A DNA stretch of 64,000 nt, from the NCBI GenBank assembly GCA_016882285.1, contig VGQS01000001.1, positions 11,339 to 75,338 of the forward strand, written 5' to 3'. The translations under genes were made by a program, and so were the position numbers. Of this stretch, positions 53,143 through 62,565 are shown piece after piece (within the stretch, counting starts at the first letter, position 1; the number at the start of each line of letters is the position of its first letter). The notes beneath the pieces are model-generated. The model did no database searches and was not told the origin of the DNA. It saw only the letters and a list, made by a program, of their open reading frames with translations. This DNA comes from Cyanobacteria bacterium K_DeepCast_35m_m2_155 (GTDB taxonomy: Bacteria; Cyanobacteriota; Cyanobacteriia; PCC-6307; Cyanobiaceae).

Positions 53143-54435
53143 TCAGCCCGATGCGGCCGCTGTCAGCTGATGCAGGACCCGCTTGTCCAGGAGCTGCCGC
53201 ATCAACCGGCAACGGGCGGCAGCATCGAGCTCGAGGGGCAACACCCCGAGCGGCTGGCCTGGCGCCTGGTCGCAGGCCTGGGCCAGGGCATATTCAGCCT
53301 CGTCGAGTTGCAACGGCATCAGGTCAGGCCCCAGCAAAGAAGCCGACGGCCAACCCCAAAGACAGCGGTTGCGCTCGAAGCAGGCAGACAGCAACGCCGC
53401 ATCGCTGCGATCGAGGGCCTCGGGCTGATCACCCCGCCGCAGAAAGAACTCGAAGTGACTGATGTCGGGGTCGAGGGCCTCCATCAAGCGCCAGCGCTCA
53501 AGGTCACTGAGCTCCTGAGCACGCTCAAGCAGCTCGCCCTCGAGCAGGCGGGCCGGATCCCAGACCTCGGGGTTGGAGAACCCCGCAAAGCTGAGACCGC
53601 TGCAGGCGGTGAACGCCATCAGGCGATCAATGGAATAGCTGCATTCCTGGGGATGCAGATACATATCGGCGAAGTTGGCATCGGCAGCCGTATCGAGCGC
53701 CCAGCGCTGCTCGTGGTGACGTCGCAGCCTGTTGGTCTCAGGCAGGGTGGCCAGCAGGGCGCGCCCGAGCCTCAGGCCGTCCTCGCCGTGGCCAACGTTC
53801 AGCAGTTGCAGGGCCTGTTGGGTGCGCTGGATTTCCCAGCGGCCGCCATCGGCATAGAGGAACAGATGCAGCGTCCCCCCCAAGCGCAGGCGCTGGGCCA
53901 GGGCGACAAGGCCGGCCTGGGGTTCCTGGAGGTGGTGGAGCACCCCCACCGAGTTGATGTGATCAAAGTCACCCTCCTGCCCCAGATCGAGCAGGCTGCA
54001 TTGCTCGATCCGCAGCTCACTGACCTGGGCGGCGGCGCCAGAGCGACGGCAACGCTCCCGCGCCACACCCAGAGCCCCAGCGCTGATGTCGACCGCAAGC
54101 ACGGCGCTGCCTGGGTTGAGATGGCAGAGGTAATCGGTGCTCACACCGGTGCCGCAGCCGGCATCGAGCACGCGCCAGGAACGCCTGGTCTGGCCTTTGG
54201 CAGGCACGGGTAAGACGCCATCGACAAAGGCGCGGACGCTGTCCACGCACCAGCGCCAGTTGTAACCAGGCGGTGGACCGTCCTGCAGGGGATCTCCTGG
54301 ATAGGGAAAGCGGTCGTAAAAGGCGCTCACCGCCGGCGTGGCGGCATCACTTGGCTGGGAAGACGTCACGGCAAGGCGCTGCGCTGAGCCGAGCATTTCA
54401 CGCCACAGCCACGCCCTTGGGCCACAAGGCTGCAA
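53143..54435 (-). CDS. two-domain class I SAM-dependent methyltransferase (possible phycobiliprotein Asn methyltransferase CpcM type)
   Basis: 430-aa ORF with SAM motif I VLDAGCGTGVSTDYL and a conserved-looking N-terminus (FYDRFPYPGDPL). It lies between the atp operon and the divergent apcE. The CpcM suggestion rests on size, fold and neighbourhood only. Confidence 0.65.
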   Translation of the reverse strand: MQPCGPRAWLWREMLGSAQRLAVTSSQPSDAATPAVSAFYDRFPYPGDPLQDGPPPGYNWRWCVDSVRAFVDGVLPVPAKGQTRRSWRVLDAGCGTGVSTDYLCHLNPGSAVLAVDISAGALGVARERCRRSGAAAQVSELRIEQCSLLDLGQEGDFDHINSVGVLHHLQEPQAGLVALAQRLRLGGTLHLFLYADGGRWEIQRTQQALQLLNVGHGEDGLRLGRALLATLPETNRLRRHHEQRWALDTAADANFADMYLHPQECSYSIDRLMAFTACSGLSFAGFSNPEVWDPARLLEGELLERAQELSDLERWRLMEALDPDISHFEFFLRRGDQPEALDRSDAALLSACFERNRCLWGWPSASLLGPDLMPLQLDEAEYALAQACDQAPGQPLGVLPLELDAAARCRLMRQLLDKRVLHQLTAAASG

Positions 54436-54507
54436 ACATTTGTTTATGGCATCGCGGAGCGCCTTGGGGCCAGCCGTAACGTGGCCCAGCCCGGACCGCG
54501 CCCGTCG

Positions 54508-56892
54508 ATGACCGTGACCGCCAGCAGCGGCAGCCCCAGGGTCTCCCCCCAGCGCTATGACACCCTGCCGCTCTCAAGCGTCCGTCAGGCCGAGCAGCAG
54601 GATCGCTTCCCCGATCGCGGCGAGCTCGACAATCTGATCACCTTCTTCCAGAGCGGAAGCCTCAGAGTCGAAGCTGCCAAACGGCTCTCAGCCAACGCCA
54701 CCGCCATTGTGGCCAAGGCTGCCAACCGCATTTTTGCCGGTGGCACGCCGCTGTCCTATCTGGATTTGCCCGAAACCGGTGGCGGGTCGCAGGGCGAGAC
54801 GCCTCTGGCGGCTGACCAAGCCGCCTTTGCCCAATCGGTTCAGACCTTCACAGGGACCGCAGCGGCTCGCGGCAACGTGTTCAGCCGGCTGCTCGAAGGC
54901 GCCGGTGGCGATGCCGATGTGCGCGTCGTCCTGCCCACCGGCTTCAGTCCGATCAGCGTCGCGCGCTATGGCAACGAGCGCATGCGCAAGTCGCTGCGCG
55001 ACATGGCCTGGTTCCTGCGCTACGTCGGCTACGCCGTTGTGGCCGGTGATCCCAGCATCCTGGCGGTCAACACCCGAGGCCTGCGCGACGTTCTCGAGAA
55101 AGCATGCTCCCTGACCGCCACCAATGTGGCGCTGCAGGAAATGCGCGCCGCATCCGCGGCCCTGTTCAAAGACGAGCCCCAGGCCCGCCAGCTGGTGATC
55201 GATTGCTTCAACGTGCTGCTGCAGGAGCTGGCCGTTGCGATGCCATCGACCCGGCAGCGGCTTGGCAGCCCGGTCAACCAGGGGCTGCAGCTGCCGGCCA
55301 CCTATGCCCTGGCTGCCGAAAGCCGCCAGCGCTTCAACATGAAGCCCGGCATGAGCGGCGCCCAGAAAGCCGAGGTGGTGCGCGCCGCCTACCGGCAGGT
55401 GTTCGAGCGCGACATCGCCAAGGCCTACAGCCAGATGCCCTGCCCGGTGGAAGCCACCCAGGTTCGCCAGGGTGAGATCTCCATGCGCGAATTCATTCGC
55501 GCCCTCGGGCGCAGCAAGGAGTATCGCAATCAGTTCTATGCGCGCTTTTCGAACAGCCGCGCCGTTGAACTGGCATTCCGCCACTTCCTGGGACGCGGCA
55601 TCAGCAGCCGCGAAGAATTCACTGACTACTTCGACATTGTTTCGGAGCAGGGCCTGCCCGGACTCGTCGACTGCCTGGTGAACTCGATGGAGTACGCGCG
55701 GGTGTTCGGCGAAGAGACCGTTCCCTACCTGCGCGATCTGGGCGAAGAGGCCCAGGAAAGCGCCGGCTGGGGCTCCAACCGCAAACTCTTCCGTTTCAGC
55801 GCTCCGTTTGAGGGGGCGCCGCAGTACGTCACCCTCTACGCGGGGTACCGGCAAGCCTTCCCTGATCAGCACGCCTACGGCGGTGGCAATGACCCTCTGG
55901 GGCTCACCTATGGGGCCATTTTCCCCTCGGGTACCGCCAACGTGGCGACCCGTCCGGCACCGGCTCGCTACGACAGCCGCCGGATCCTGATCGGCAACGG
56001 CATGACCCTGCCCGGTCAAATGGACAGCAGCCAGTTCCGCCAGGCCAAGCCTCGCCGGGTTGGCCCCAAGGTGGTGCGTCTGCAGCAGATCGCAACGGGC
56101 GGCAATTCGCAACCACGCCGCGGCGGGCAACCCAGCATTCGCAACACTGAAGCCAGCACCCAGGCGGTGATCCGCGCTGTGTACACCCAGATCCTGGGCA
56201 ACGCTGGCTATGCCGTTGAGCGCAACACCGTTGAGGAGATCAAGCTCGAGAATGGTGACATCAGCCTGCGCGAATTCGTGCGGCAGGTCGCCCGCAGCGA
56301 TGCCTTCAGGCGTCGTTACTGGAGTGGGCTGTACATCACCAAGGCGATCGAGGTGATGCACCGCCGCATCCTGGGTCGCCCCACCTTTGGCCGCTGGGAA
56401 ATCGATGCTTACTTCGACACCGCGGCCCGCAGCGGTTTCTACGGCGTGGTCGATGCCCTTGTGAACAGCCGCGAGTACAACGAAAGTTTCGGCGAAGACA
56501 CGGTTCCCTTCGAGCGCTTCATCACCGCCGCCGATCGCAACGCCCGCCGTGTGCCCGCCCTGCGCGTGCCCTTCAACGCAGCGGTCTATGCCGAACCGGC
56601 AACAACAAGGCCCAACGTCGGCGCACCGCTGGAGCTGCGGACCACCGGTGACCTGGTACGCCGCAACCTCAGCGATGGACGCCGCATCGTCACAGGCCGC
56701 TGGAGTGCAGCCATCGCCGGCGGCGAGACCTATGCCAAGCCAGTGCGCGCTGCAGCCGGCCCCGAGAGCATTCGCCAGATGCCCTTGCCTGCGCGTCGCT
56801 GGAGGCCCGATGGCAGCCAAACCTGGCGCGGCATCGGCGCGGCCAGCACCCCGCAAGTTCAAGGCCAGAGCAGCACTCGAGCGGGTGGCTGA
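54508..56892 (+). CDS. apcE: phycobilisome core-membrane linker ApcE (LCM): phycobiliprotein-like domain plus REP1 and REP2, ending at an in-frame TGA
   Basis: MTVTASSGSPRVSPQRYDTLPLSSVRQAEQQDRFPDRGELD.. is the ApcE N-terminus. Two PBS-linker REP domains follow (..FIRALGRSKEYRNQFY...NSMEYARVFGEETVPY.. and ..FVRQVARSDAFRRRYW...NSREYNESFGEDTVPF..). The ORF opens at GTG 54481. Confidence 0.9.
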   Translation: MTVTASSGSPRVSPQRYDTLPLSSVRQAEQQDRFPDRGELDNLITFFQSGSLRVEAAKRLSANATAIVAKAANRIFAGGTPLSYLDLPETGGGSQGETPLAADQAAFAQSVQTFTGTAAARGNVFSRLLEGAGGDADVRVVLPTGFSPISVARYGNERMRKSLRDMAWFLRYVGYAVVAGDPSILAVNTRGLRDVLEKACSLTATNVALQEMRAASAALFKDEPQARQLVIDCFNVLLQELAVAMPSTRQRLGSPVNQGLQLPATYALAAESRQRFNMKPGMSGAQKAEVVRAAYRQVFERDIAKAYSQMPCPVEATQVRQGEISMREFIRALGRSKEYRNQFYARFSNSRAVELAFRHFLGRGISSREEFTDYFDIVSEQGLPGLVDCLVNSMEYARVFGEETVPYLRDLGEEAQESAGWGSNRKLFRFSAPFEGAPQYVTLYAGYRQAFPDQHAYGGGNDPLGLTYGAIFPSGTANVATRPAPARYDSRRILIGNGMTLPGQMDSSQFRQAKPRRVGPKVVRLQQIATGGNSQPRRGGQPSIRNTEASTQAVIRAVYTQILGNAGYAVERNTVEEIKLENGDISLREFVRQVARSDAFRRRYWSGLYITKAIEVMHRRILGRPTFGRWEIDAYFDTAARSGFYGVVDALVNSREYNESFGEDTVPFERFITAADRNARRVPALRVPFNAAVYAEPATTRPNVGAPLELRTTGDLVRRNLSDGRRIVTGRWSAAIAGGETYAKPVRAAAGPESIRQMPLPARRWRPDGSQTWRGIGAASTPQVQGQSSTRAGG

Positions 56893-57507
56893 AGTGCAGC
56901 ACTCACCACAGGCACCGCGAGCCCAACAGCACGCGAACCTGGTCAGGCCATGGCTGCGGCACTCAAACCCGGCAAACCCCAGGGCTTTGGACGCCGCAAA
57001 AGTCTCGGCGCCGCCCTGGTGCTGAGCGCAGCTCCCAGCACCAGCCAGGTGCAGGCCGCCGTCGAAGCGATTTACAAGCAATTGCTCAATCGCACCCCCC
57101 TGAATGCCGAGCGCCTGGGTGATGCCGAATCGCAACTACGCGACGGTCAATTGAGCGTTGCTGATTTTGTCGCGCAACTGGCTCTCAGCGATCTGTTCCT
57201 GCAACGTCTCAACCGCATGGCTCCGCTGCGTGCCGCTGCCGCTGCCTATCTGGCCCTGCTTGGCAGGGCAGCGCAGCCCCAGGAAACCAGTCGTTTCCTG
57301 GCAACGCGTGTCAGCCGCGGCTTGCCGCAGGCCATTGCTGACATCCTCAACAGTGCCGAATACAGCCGCAGCTTTGGCCAGGACACAGTGCCCTACATCA
57401 AAGGCCTTAACACCAGCGATGGCATTCCTTTGAGCACCGTCAACCGAACAGCCAACCTGTACGAAGGCAATGCGGGGCTGACACCAAAGCCACGCGAGGC
57501 GATTTAA
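56893..57507 (+). CDS. apcE: continuation of apcE in the same reading frame (third REP domain), separated from the upstream part only by TGA 56890-56892
   Basis: The frame is identical to 54508-56892. It contains VEAIYKQLLNRTPL...FVAQLALSDLFLQRL...NSAEYSRSFGQDTVPY (a PBS-linker REP domain). An internal ATG lies at 56950. Confidence 0.8.
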   Translation, partial: SAALTTGTASPTAREPGQAMAAALKPGKPQGFGRRKSLGAALVLSAAPSTSQVQAAVEAIYKQLLNRTPLNAERLGDAESQLRDGQLSVADFVAQLALSDLFLQRLNRMAPLRAAAAAYLALLGRAAQPQETSRFLATRVSRGLPQAIADILNSAEYSRSFGQDTVPYIKGLNTSDGIPLSTVNRTANLYEGNAGLTPKPREAI

Positions 57508-57537
57508 CTCAATTAACAAAACGACTTCATCTCCCCT

Positions 57538-57565
57538 CCCCGGAAACACATTCCGGGGATTTTTT
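57538..57565 (+). terminator. rho-independent terminator after apcE
   Basis: ccccgga-aacacat-tccgggg followed by atttttt. Confidence 0.8.
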
Positions 57566-57867
57566 ATGGGAAACGCAACAAAATAAACTGCATTAAATTG
57601 TCACGGCTCGTCATCAACCGAGCCGAGCCAGAAATGCATCAGAATGCAACAAAGCCAGCGCTTGCGCAGTGCCGAGACGCCGCTGCAAATCCATTGCGCG
57701 CCAAGGGCTTTGCCAAGTGGCGCCGCCGTGAAGAACTGTTACCGCTGCCAGGAGCGGCGCACGGCCGTGCCACAGAATGATGCGGCGCTCGGGATCCCCG
57801 AACGCTCCCCCTTACCCACCGGATACCGGTCTCCGAAAGGCGACCGCTTGTTTCGAGGCAGAACTGC

Positions 57868-58353
57868 ATGAGCATCGTCTCCAACTCGATCATCAACGCG
57901 GACGCCGAAGCCCGCTACCTCAGCCCTGGCGAACTTGACCAGATCAAGTCGTTTGTTGCCGCTGGCCAGCGTCGCGTGCGCGTCGCCCAGGTGCTGAGCG
58001 AGAGTCGCGAACGCATCGTCAAGACCGCAGGCGGCGCCCTGTTCCAGAAGCGCCCTGATGTCATCTCCCCCGGCGGCAGTGCCTACGGCGAGGAAATGAC
58101 CGCCTCCTGCCTGCGGGACATGGATTACTACCTGCGCCTGGTGACCTACGGCCTGGTCGCGGGTGATGTGACCCCGATCGAAGAAATCGGCATCATTGGC
58201 GCCAAAGAGATGTACCGCTCCCTGGGCGTGCCCCTGGAAGCCATGGCCGAATCCGTTCGTGAAATGAAGAACGTCGCCATGGGCCTGCTCACCGGCTCTG
58301 ATGCCGAAGAAGCCGGTTTCTACTTCGACTACGTCGTCGGCGCCCTCTCCTGA
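57868..58353 (+). CDS. apcA: allophycocyanin alpha subunit
   Basis: 161-aa ORF: [29 protein letters not shown]...[23 protein letters not shown]. Confidence 0.96.
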   Translation: MSIVSNSIINADAEARYLSPGELDQIKSFVAAGQRRVRVAQVLSESRERIVKTAGGALFQKRPDVISPGGSAYGEEMTASCLRDMDYYLRLVTYGLVAGDVTPIEEIGIIGAKEMYRSLGVPLEAMAESVREMKNVAMGLLTGSDAEEAGFYFDYVVGALS

Positions 58354-58397
58354 GGCTGCTCGCTTCTCTTCCCATCAACGCCCATCCAGCAGAACTC

Positions 58398-58886
58398 ATG
58401 CAAGACGCCATCACCAACGTCATCAACCAGGCCGACGTTCAGGGCCTGTACCTCGACGGCTCAGCCATGGGCCGCCTTGAGCAATACTTCGCCAGTGGTG
58501 AACTGCGGGTTCGTGCAGCCACCACGATCAGCGCCAACGCGTCGGCCATCATCAAAGATGCCGTCGCCAAGTCGCTGCTCTATTCGGACATCACCCGTCC
58601 AGGCGGCAACATGTACACCACCCGTCGCTATGCCGCGTGCATTCGCGACCTCGACTACTACCTGCGCTACGCCACCTACGCCATGCTGGCTGGTGACACC
58701 TCCATCCTTGATGAGCGTGTCCTGAACGGCCTCAAAGAGACCTACAACTCACTGGGCGTACCCATCGGTGCCACCGTGCAGTCGATTCAGGCCATGAAAG
58801 AAGTCACCGCTTCGCTGGTCGGTCCTGATGCAGGCCGCGAAATGGCTGTCTACTTCGACTACATCTGCTCTGGCCTCGGCAACTGA
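58398..58886 (+). CDS. apcB: allophycocyanin beta subunit
   Basis: 162-aa ORF: [20 protein letters not shown]...[28 protein letters not shown]. Confidence 0.96.
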   Translation: MQDAITNVINQADVQGLYLDGSAMGRLEQYFASGELRVRAATTISANASAIIKDAVAKSLLYSDITRPGGNMYTTRRYAACIRDLDYYLRYATYAMLAGDTSILDERVLNGLKETYNSLGVPIGATVQSIQAMKEVTASLVGPDAGREMAVYFDYICSGLGN

Positions 58887-58916
58887 TCGCCGCAGCTCCC
58901 GTTTTGAGGTCTATCC

Positions 58917-59117
58917 ATGCGGCTCTTTAAAGTCACAGCCTGCATTCCTTCGCCTGAGAAGGTTCGCAGCCAGCGCGAACTGCAGAACACCTACTTCACC
59001 AAGTGGGTTCCGTATGAGAGCTGGTTTGCTGAACAGCAGCGCATCATGAAGCAGGGCGGCAAAATCCTCAAGGTCGAGCTTGTCACTGGCAGGCGTCAGC
59101 AGAACTGCGGCAACTAG
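58917..59117 (+). CDS. apcC: phycobilisome core linker LC7.8
   Basis: 66-aa ORF: MRLFKVTACIPSPEKVRSQRELQNTYFTKWVPYESWFAEQQRIMKQGGKI.. Confidence 0.92.
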   Translation: MRLFKVTACIPSPEKVRSQRELQNTYFTKWVPYESWFAEQQRIMKQGGKILKVELVTGRRQQNCGN

Positions 59118-59172
59118 GCAACTCATTGCTGTCTTCCTGCACAGTCAGTCCAATGCCATTCACCGCTGACAC

Positions 59173-59197
59173 AACCCGGCATTGCCGGGTTTTTTTG
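59173..59197 (+). terminator. rho-independent terminator after apcC
   Basis: aacccggc-att-gccgggtt followed by ttttt. Confidence 0.85.
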
Positions 59198-59234
59198 TGC
59201 CAACCACTCGACAACCGCCAGTTTTTGGCTCTCA

Positions 59235-60491
59235 ATGGACTCTGATCAACACCTCTCTGTGGTCGGCGTCAGCCAAGACAGTGCTCAGCCTCGGAGCTCA
59301 CGCGATCGAGCCACCACAAAGCAGAAGGGCTTGGCCTTACCGCTGCCGTGGCAGTTGTGGCCCGCCGAGGCCAGATTGCTGCTCGCCATGGTGGGACTGT
59401 GGAGTCTGGTCGGCCTGCTGGTGCTCACATCAGCCAGCTGGTGGGTGGCCGAACGGGAGATGGGCGATGCCGCCTACTACCTGAAGCGTCAGCTGATCTG
59501 GATGGTGGCCAGCTGGGGGCTGCTGTGGCTGGGCATTCGCACCAGCATCAGGCGATGGTTGCAACTGGCACCGCCCCTGCTGCTGCTGGGCACCCTGCTG
59601 GTTGGCGCAACCCTGGTGATGGGAAGCACGGTCAATGGTGCCAGCCGCTGGTTGGTGCTTGGGCCTATCCAGCTGCAGCCCTCAGAGTTGATCAAACCCT
59701 TTGTCGTGCTTCAAGGCGCTGCGCTCTTTGCCCAATGGAAGCGCAGTGGTCTTGATCAAAAGCTGCTCTGGCTGGGCGCCTTTGGCGTGTTGATCCTGCT
59801 AATTCTCAAGCAGCCCAACCTCAGCACTGCTGCACTCACCGGCATCTTGCTGTGGCTGATGGCCCTGGCCAGCGGCATCGCCTTGCCACTGCTGCTTGGA
59901 ACCGCGACCGCCGGCGGATTCGTCGGCGTGGCCAGCATTTTGAGCAACAACTACCAGCGGCTGCGGGTGGTTTCGTTTCTCGATCCCTGGCGCGATGCCC
60001 AGGGCGATGGCTACCAACTGGTGCAAAGCCTGATGGCGATCGGTTCAGGGGGGCTGCTGGGCGAAGGCTTTGGTCTGTCCACGCAGAAACTGCAGTACCT
60101 GCCGATTCAGTCCACCGATTTCATTTTTGCGGTGTTTGCTGAAGAGTTCGGCTTCATGGGCTCAGTGGCCCTGCTGCTGTTTCTGCTGTTGTTCGGCTTT
60201 GTGGGCCTGCGCGTGGCGATGAGCTGCCGCAGCAACCAGCAACGACTGGTGGCGATCGGCTGCACCACCCTGTTGGTGGGACAGTCGATCCTCAATATTG
60301 CTGTGGCCAGTGGGGCGATGCCCACCACCGGCCTGCCCCTGCCGCTGATCAGCTATGGCGGCAATTCACTCATGGCCAGCCTGCTGGTGGCAGGCTTGTT
60401 GATACGTTGCAGCCTGGAGTCGAGCGGCCTCACCGGTGGCCGCCGCCGCAGCTCCAGAACCCGGGGCGCGGGCGATAAGCTGCAGCCTTAA
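59235..60491 (+). CDS. ftsW: FtsW/RodA/SpoVE-family peptidoglycan glycosyltransferase (cell division protein FtsW-like)
   Basis: 418-aa polytopic ORF with ..RWLVLGPIQLQPSELIKP.., ..QSTDFIFAVFAEEFGF.. and ..GLPLPLISYGGNS... Confidence 0.85.
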   Translation: MDSDQHLSVVGVSQDSAQPRSSRDRATTKQKGLALPLPWQLWPAEARLLLAMVGLWSLVGLLVLTSASWWVAEREMGDAAYYLKRQLIWMVASWGLLWLGIRTSIRRWLQLAPPLLLLGTLLVGATLVMGSTVNGASRWLVLGPIQLQPSELIKPFVVLQGAALFAQWKRSGLDQKLLWLGAFGVLILLILKQPNLSTAALTGILLWLMALASGIALPLLLGTATAGGFVGVASILSNNYQRLRVVSFLDPWRDAQGDGYQLVQSLMAIGSGGLLGEGFGLSTQKLQYLPIQSTDFIFAVFAEEFGFMGSVALLLFLLLFGFVGLRVAMSCRSNQQRLVAIGCTTLLVGQSILNIAVASGAMPTTGLPLPLISYGGNSLMASLLVAGLLIRCSLESSGLTGGRRRSSRTRGAGDKLQP

Positions 60492-60511
60492 GAGCGAAGG
60501 CCGAAGCGGCA

Positions 60512-61231
60512 ATGTGGAACCCCGGCCCCCTATTGGCTGACTGGGGGCAAGCCGCCGAGGCGCTCTTGCAATCGTCATTGGCAGCACCGGGACCACTGAC
60601 CCTGGCCCTGGTCTTTGCGGCGGGCCTGCTCACAAGCCTGGGGCCCTGCTCCCTATCGCTGCTGCCGGTCACCTTGGCCTATCTGGCGGGTTTTGGCGGT
60701 GAGCAGGCTGCCTGGCAGCGCAGTGCAAGTTTTGTGGTTGGCGTCGTGCTGGCCTTGGTAGGCCTGGGCATGAGCAGCGCTCTGCTCGGCCGCATCTACG
60801 GGCAGGTGCCAGGGCTGGTGCCGGTCGTGGTGGCGGTGCTGGCTGTGTTGATGGGGCTCAACCTGCTGGGGGTGCTGCGCCTGAGGCTGCCGGCAGGACC
60901 TGATCCAGAACGTTGGCGCAAACACGTGCCGGCACCGCTGGCGCCGGTGGCCGCCGGCCTGGCCTTTGGCCTGGCAGCAACCCCCTGCACCACCCCTGTG
61001 CTGGCGGTGCTGCTGGGGTGGATGGCCCAAGCGGGTCAACCACTGGTCGGAGCTTTGCTGTTGGGGTGTTTTGGGGCAGGCCAAGTGATGCCGTTGTTGG
61101 TGGCAGGTACGGCTGCAGCCAGCCTGCCGCAACTGCTGCGGCTGCGGGCCGCAGGCCAATGGGTGCCGCCCATCAGTGGGGTGCTGCTGCTCTGCTGCGG
61201 TGGTCTGACCCTGGCTGCGTACTGGCCATGA
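60512..61231 (+). CDS. ccdA: cytochrome c biogenesis thiol-disulfide transporter CcdA/DsbD family
   Basis: 239-aa polytopic ORF with the conserved Cys motifs [13 protein letters not shown] and [11 protein letters not shown]. Confidence 0.88.
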   Translation: MWNPGPLLADWGQAAEALLQSSLAAPGPLTLALVFAAGLLTSLGPCSLSLLPVTLAYLAGFGGEQAAWQRSASFVVGVVLALVGLGMSSALLGRIYGQVPGLVPVVVAVLAVLMGLNLLGVLRLRLPAGPDPERWRKHVPAPLAPVAAGLAFGLAATPCTTPVLAVLLGWMAQAGQPLVGALLLGCFGAGQVMPLLVAGTAAASLPQLLRLRAAGQWVPPISGVLLLCCGGLTLAAYWP

Positions 61232-62565
61232 GCGCATCTGAAGTGAACCCCGCGCAGCGCCTGGCCCTGCGCCTGGTGGCCTTGCTGGCCGACCTGCGGC
61301 TGGCGATTGTGCTGCTGGCGGTGATTGCGATCGCCAGCGGCATCGGCACCGCCATCCCGCAGCAGGAAGCCAGCAGCTTTTACATCGAGCGTTATGGCGC
61401 TCATCCGTGGCTTGGGCTGCTGGATGGCAACGCGCTGCTGCAGCTGCAACTCGATCATGTGTACGCCAGCAGCTGGTTTTTGGCCCTGCTGGCGGCGCTG
61501 GCCTTGGCCCTGCTGCTGTGCAGCTGGCGGCGTCAGTGGCCCGCCCTGCAGGCGGCCTTGCGCTGGATCGATTACAGCCAGCCGCGCCAGCTCAGCAAAC
61601 TGGCGGTCGCCGAAACACTGTCGACAGCCAGTCCCGAGCGCTGCCTCGAGACCCTGGCGCAACGACTGCACAAGCAGGGCTGGCAGCTCAACCGCCAGCC
61701 ACACCGCCTGGCGGCGCGCCGCGGCTTGGTCGGGCGCGTGGGACCGCTGCTGGTGCACGCCGGCATGGTGCTGCTGATGCTGGGGGCGGCCTGGGGAAGC
61801 CTGGGCGGCCAGAGGGTCGAGCAGTTTCTGGCCCCTGGCCGAACGCTCGAGCTGCTCGATCGCGGCGGCAGCAGCCAACTCACTTTGGAGCTAACAAGCT
61901 TTGCGGTGGAACGCGATCCCCTGGGGCGACCAGAGCAGTTCCGCTCACAGCTGCTGCTGCAGAACAGAGCATCAGCCGGCGGCAGCGACTCGCCAGAGCA
62001 GCCGGCACAGCAAGCCGAAATCAGCGTGAACCATCCGCTGCGCTACCGCGGCATGACGCTGTATCAGGCCGATTGGGCCCTCGCTGCGATCGACATCCAG
62101 CTGGGCAAAAGCCCGGTGTTGCAACTGCCGCTGCAGAGCTTCCCCCAGCTGGGGGAGCAGATCTGGGGCCTGGTCCTGCCCACCAAACCCGATGGCAGCG
62201 ATCCGGTCTTGCTGAGCCTCAGCAGCGAAGCAGGTCCGATCGAGGTGTTTGACGCCAGCGGAGGCTCCCGCGGGCAGATCAGCGTCGGCGGCGAGCCCCT
62301 CGAGGTTGATGGTCTACCGATTCGGGTGCATGGGGTTCTGCCCGCCAGTGGCATCCTGCTGAAGCGCGATCCCGGGGTGCCTCTGGTCTATGGCGGGTTT
62401 GCCCTGGCGCTGTTGGGCGGCGGCTTCAGCCTGGTCGCCACGCGTCAGCTCTGGGCGATCTGCGAGGGCGGTGGCGAGCTGGGACGGCTGCATGTGGGGG
62501 GACTGTGCAACCGCAACCTCGCCGCCTTTGCCGGCGAACTGCCTGACCTACTGGTTGATCTCTAA
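61228..62565 (+). CDS. ccs1: cytochrome c biogenesis protein Ccs1/ResB
   Basis: [45 protein letters not shown].. together with ..[17 protein letters not shown]... ATG 61228 overlaps the ccdA stop (ATGA). The upstream ORF extension to 60913 is rejected. Confidence 0.88.
   Translation: MSASEVNPAQRLALRLVALLADLRLAIVLLAVIAIASGIGTAIPQQEASSFYIERYGAHPWLGLLDGNALLQLQLDHVYASSWFLALLAALALALLLCSWRRQWPALQAALRWIDYSQPRQLSKLAVAETLSTASPERCLETLAQRLHKQGWQLNRQPHRLAARRGLVGRVGPLLVHAGMVLLMLGAAWGSLGGQRVEQFLAPGRTLELLDRGGSSQLTLELTSFAVERDPLGRPEQFRSQLLLQNRASAGGSDSPEQPAQQAEISVNHPLRYRGMTLYQADWALAAIDIQLGKSPVLQLPLQSFPQLGEQIWGLVLPTKPDGSDPVLLSLSSEAGPIEVFDASGGSRGQISVGGEPLEVDGLPIRVHGVLPASGILLKRDPGVPLVYGGFALALLGGGFSLVATRQLWAICEGGGELGRLHVGGLCNRNLAAFAGELPDLLVDL

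Noticed and set aside
56890-56892. The apcE in-frame TGA could encode selenocysteine.
   Set aside because: ApcE has no known selenoprotein form. The position lies in a non-catalytic inter-domain arm. I see no convincing SECIS-like hairpin immediately downstream. Error, mutation or ordinary read-through are far more likely.
54688-57135. 815-aa ORF on the minus strand, antisense to apcE and spanning the TGA region.
   Set aside because: It lies exactly opposite a gene with unmistakable ApcE/REP domain sequence. Its own translation is low-complexity Ala/Gly/Arg-rich with no recognisable motif. In GC-rich genomes the frame antisense to a G/C-third-position gene is depleted of stop codons, so long shadow ORFs are expected.
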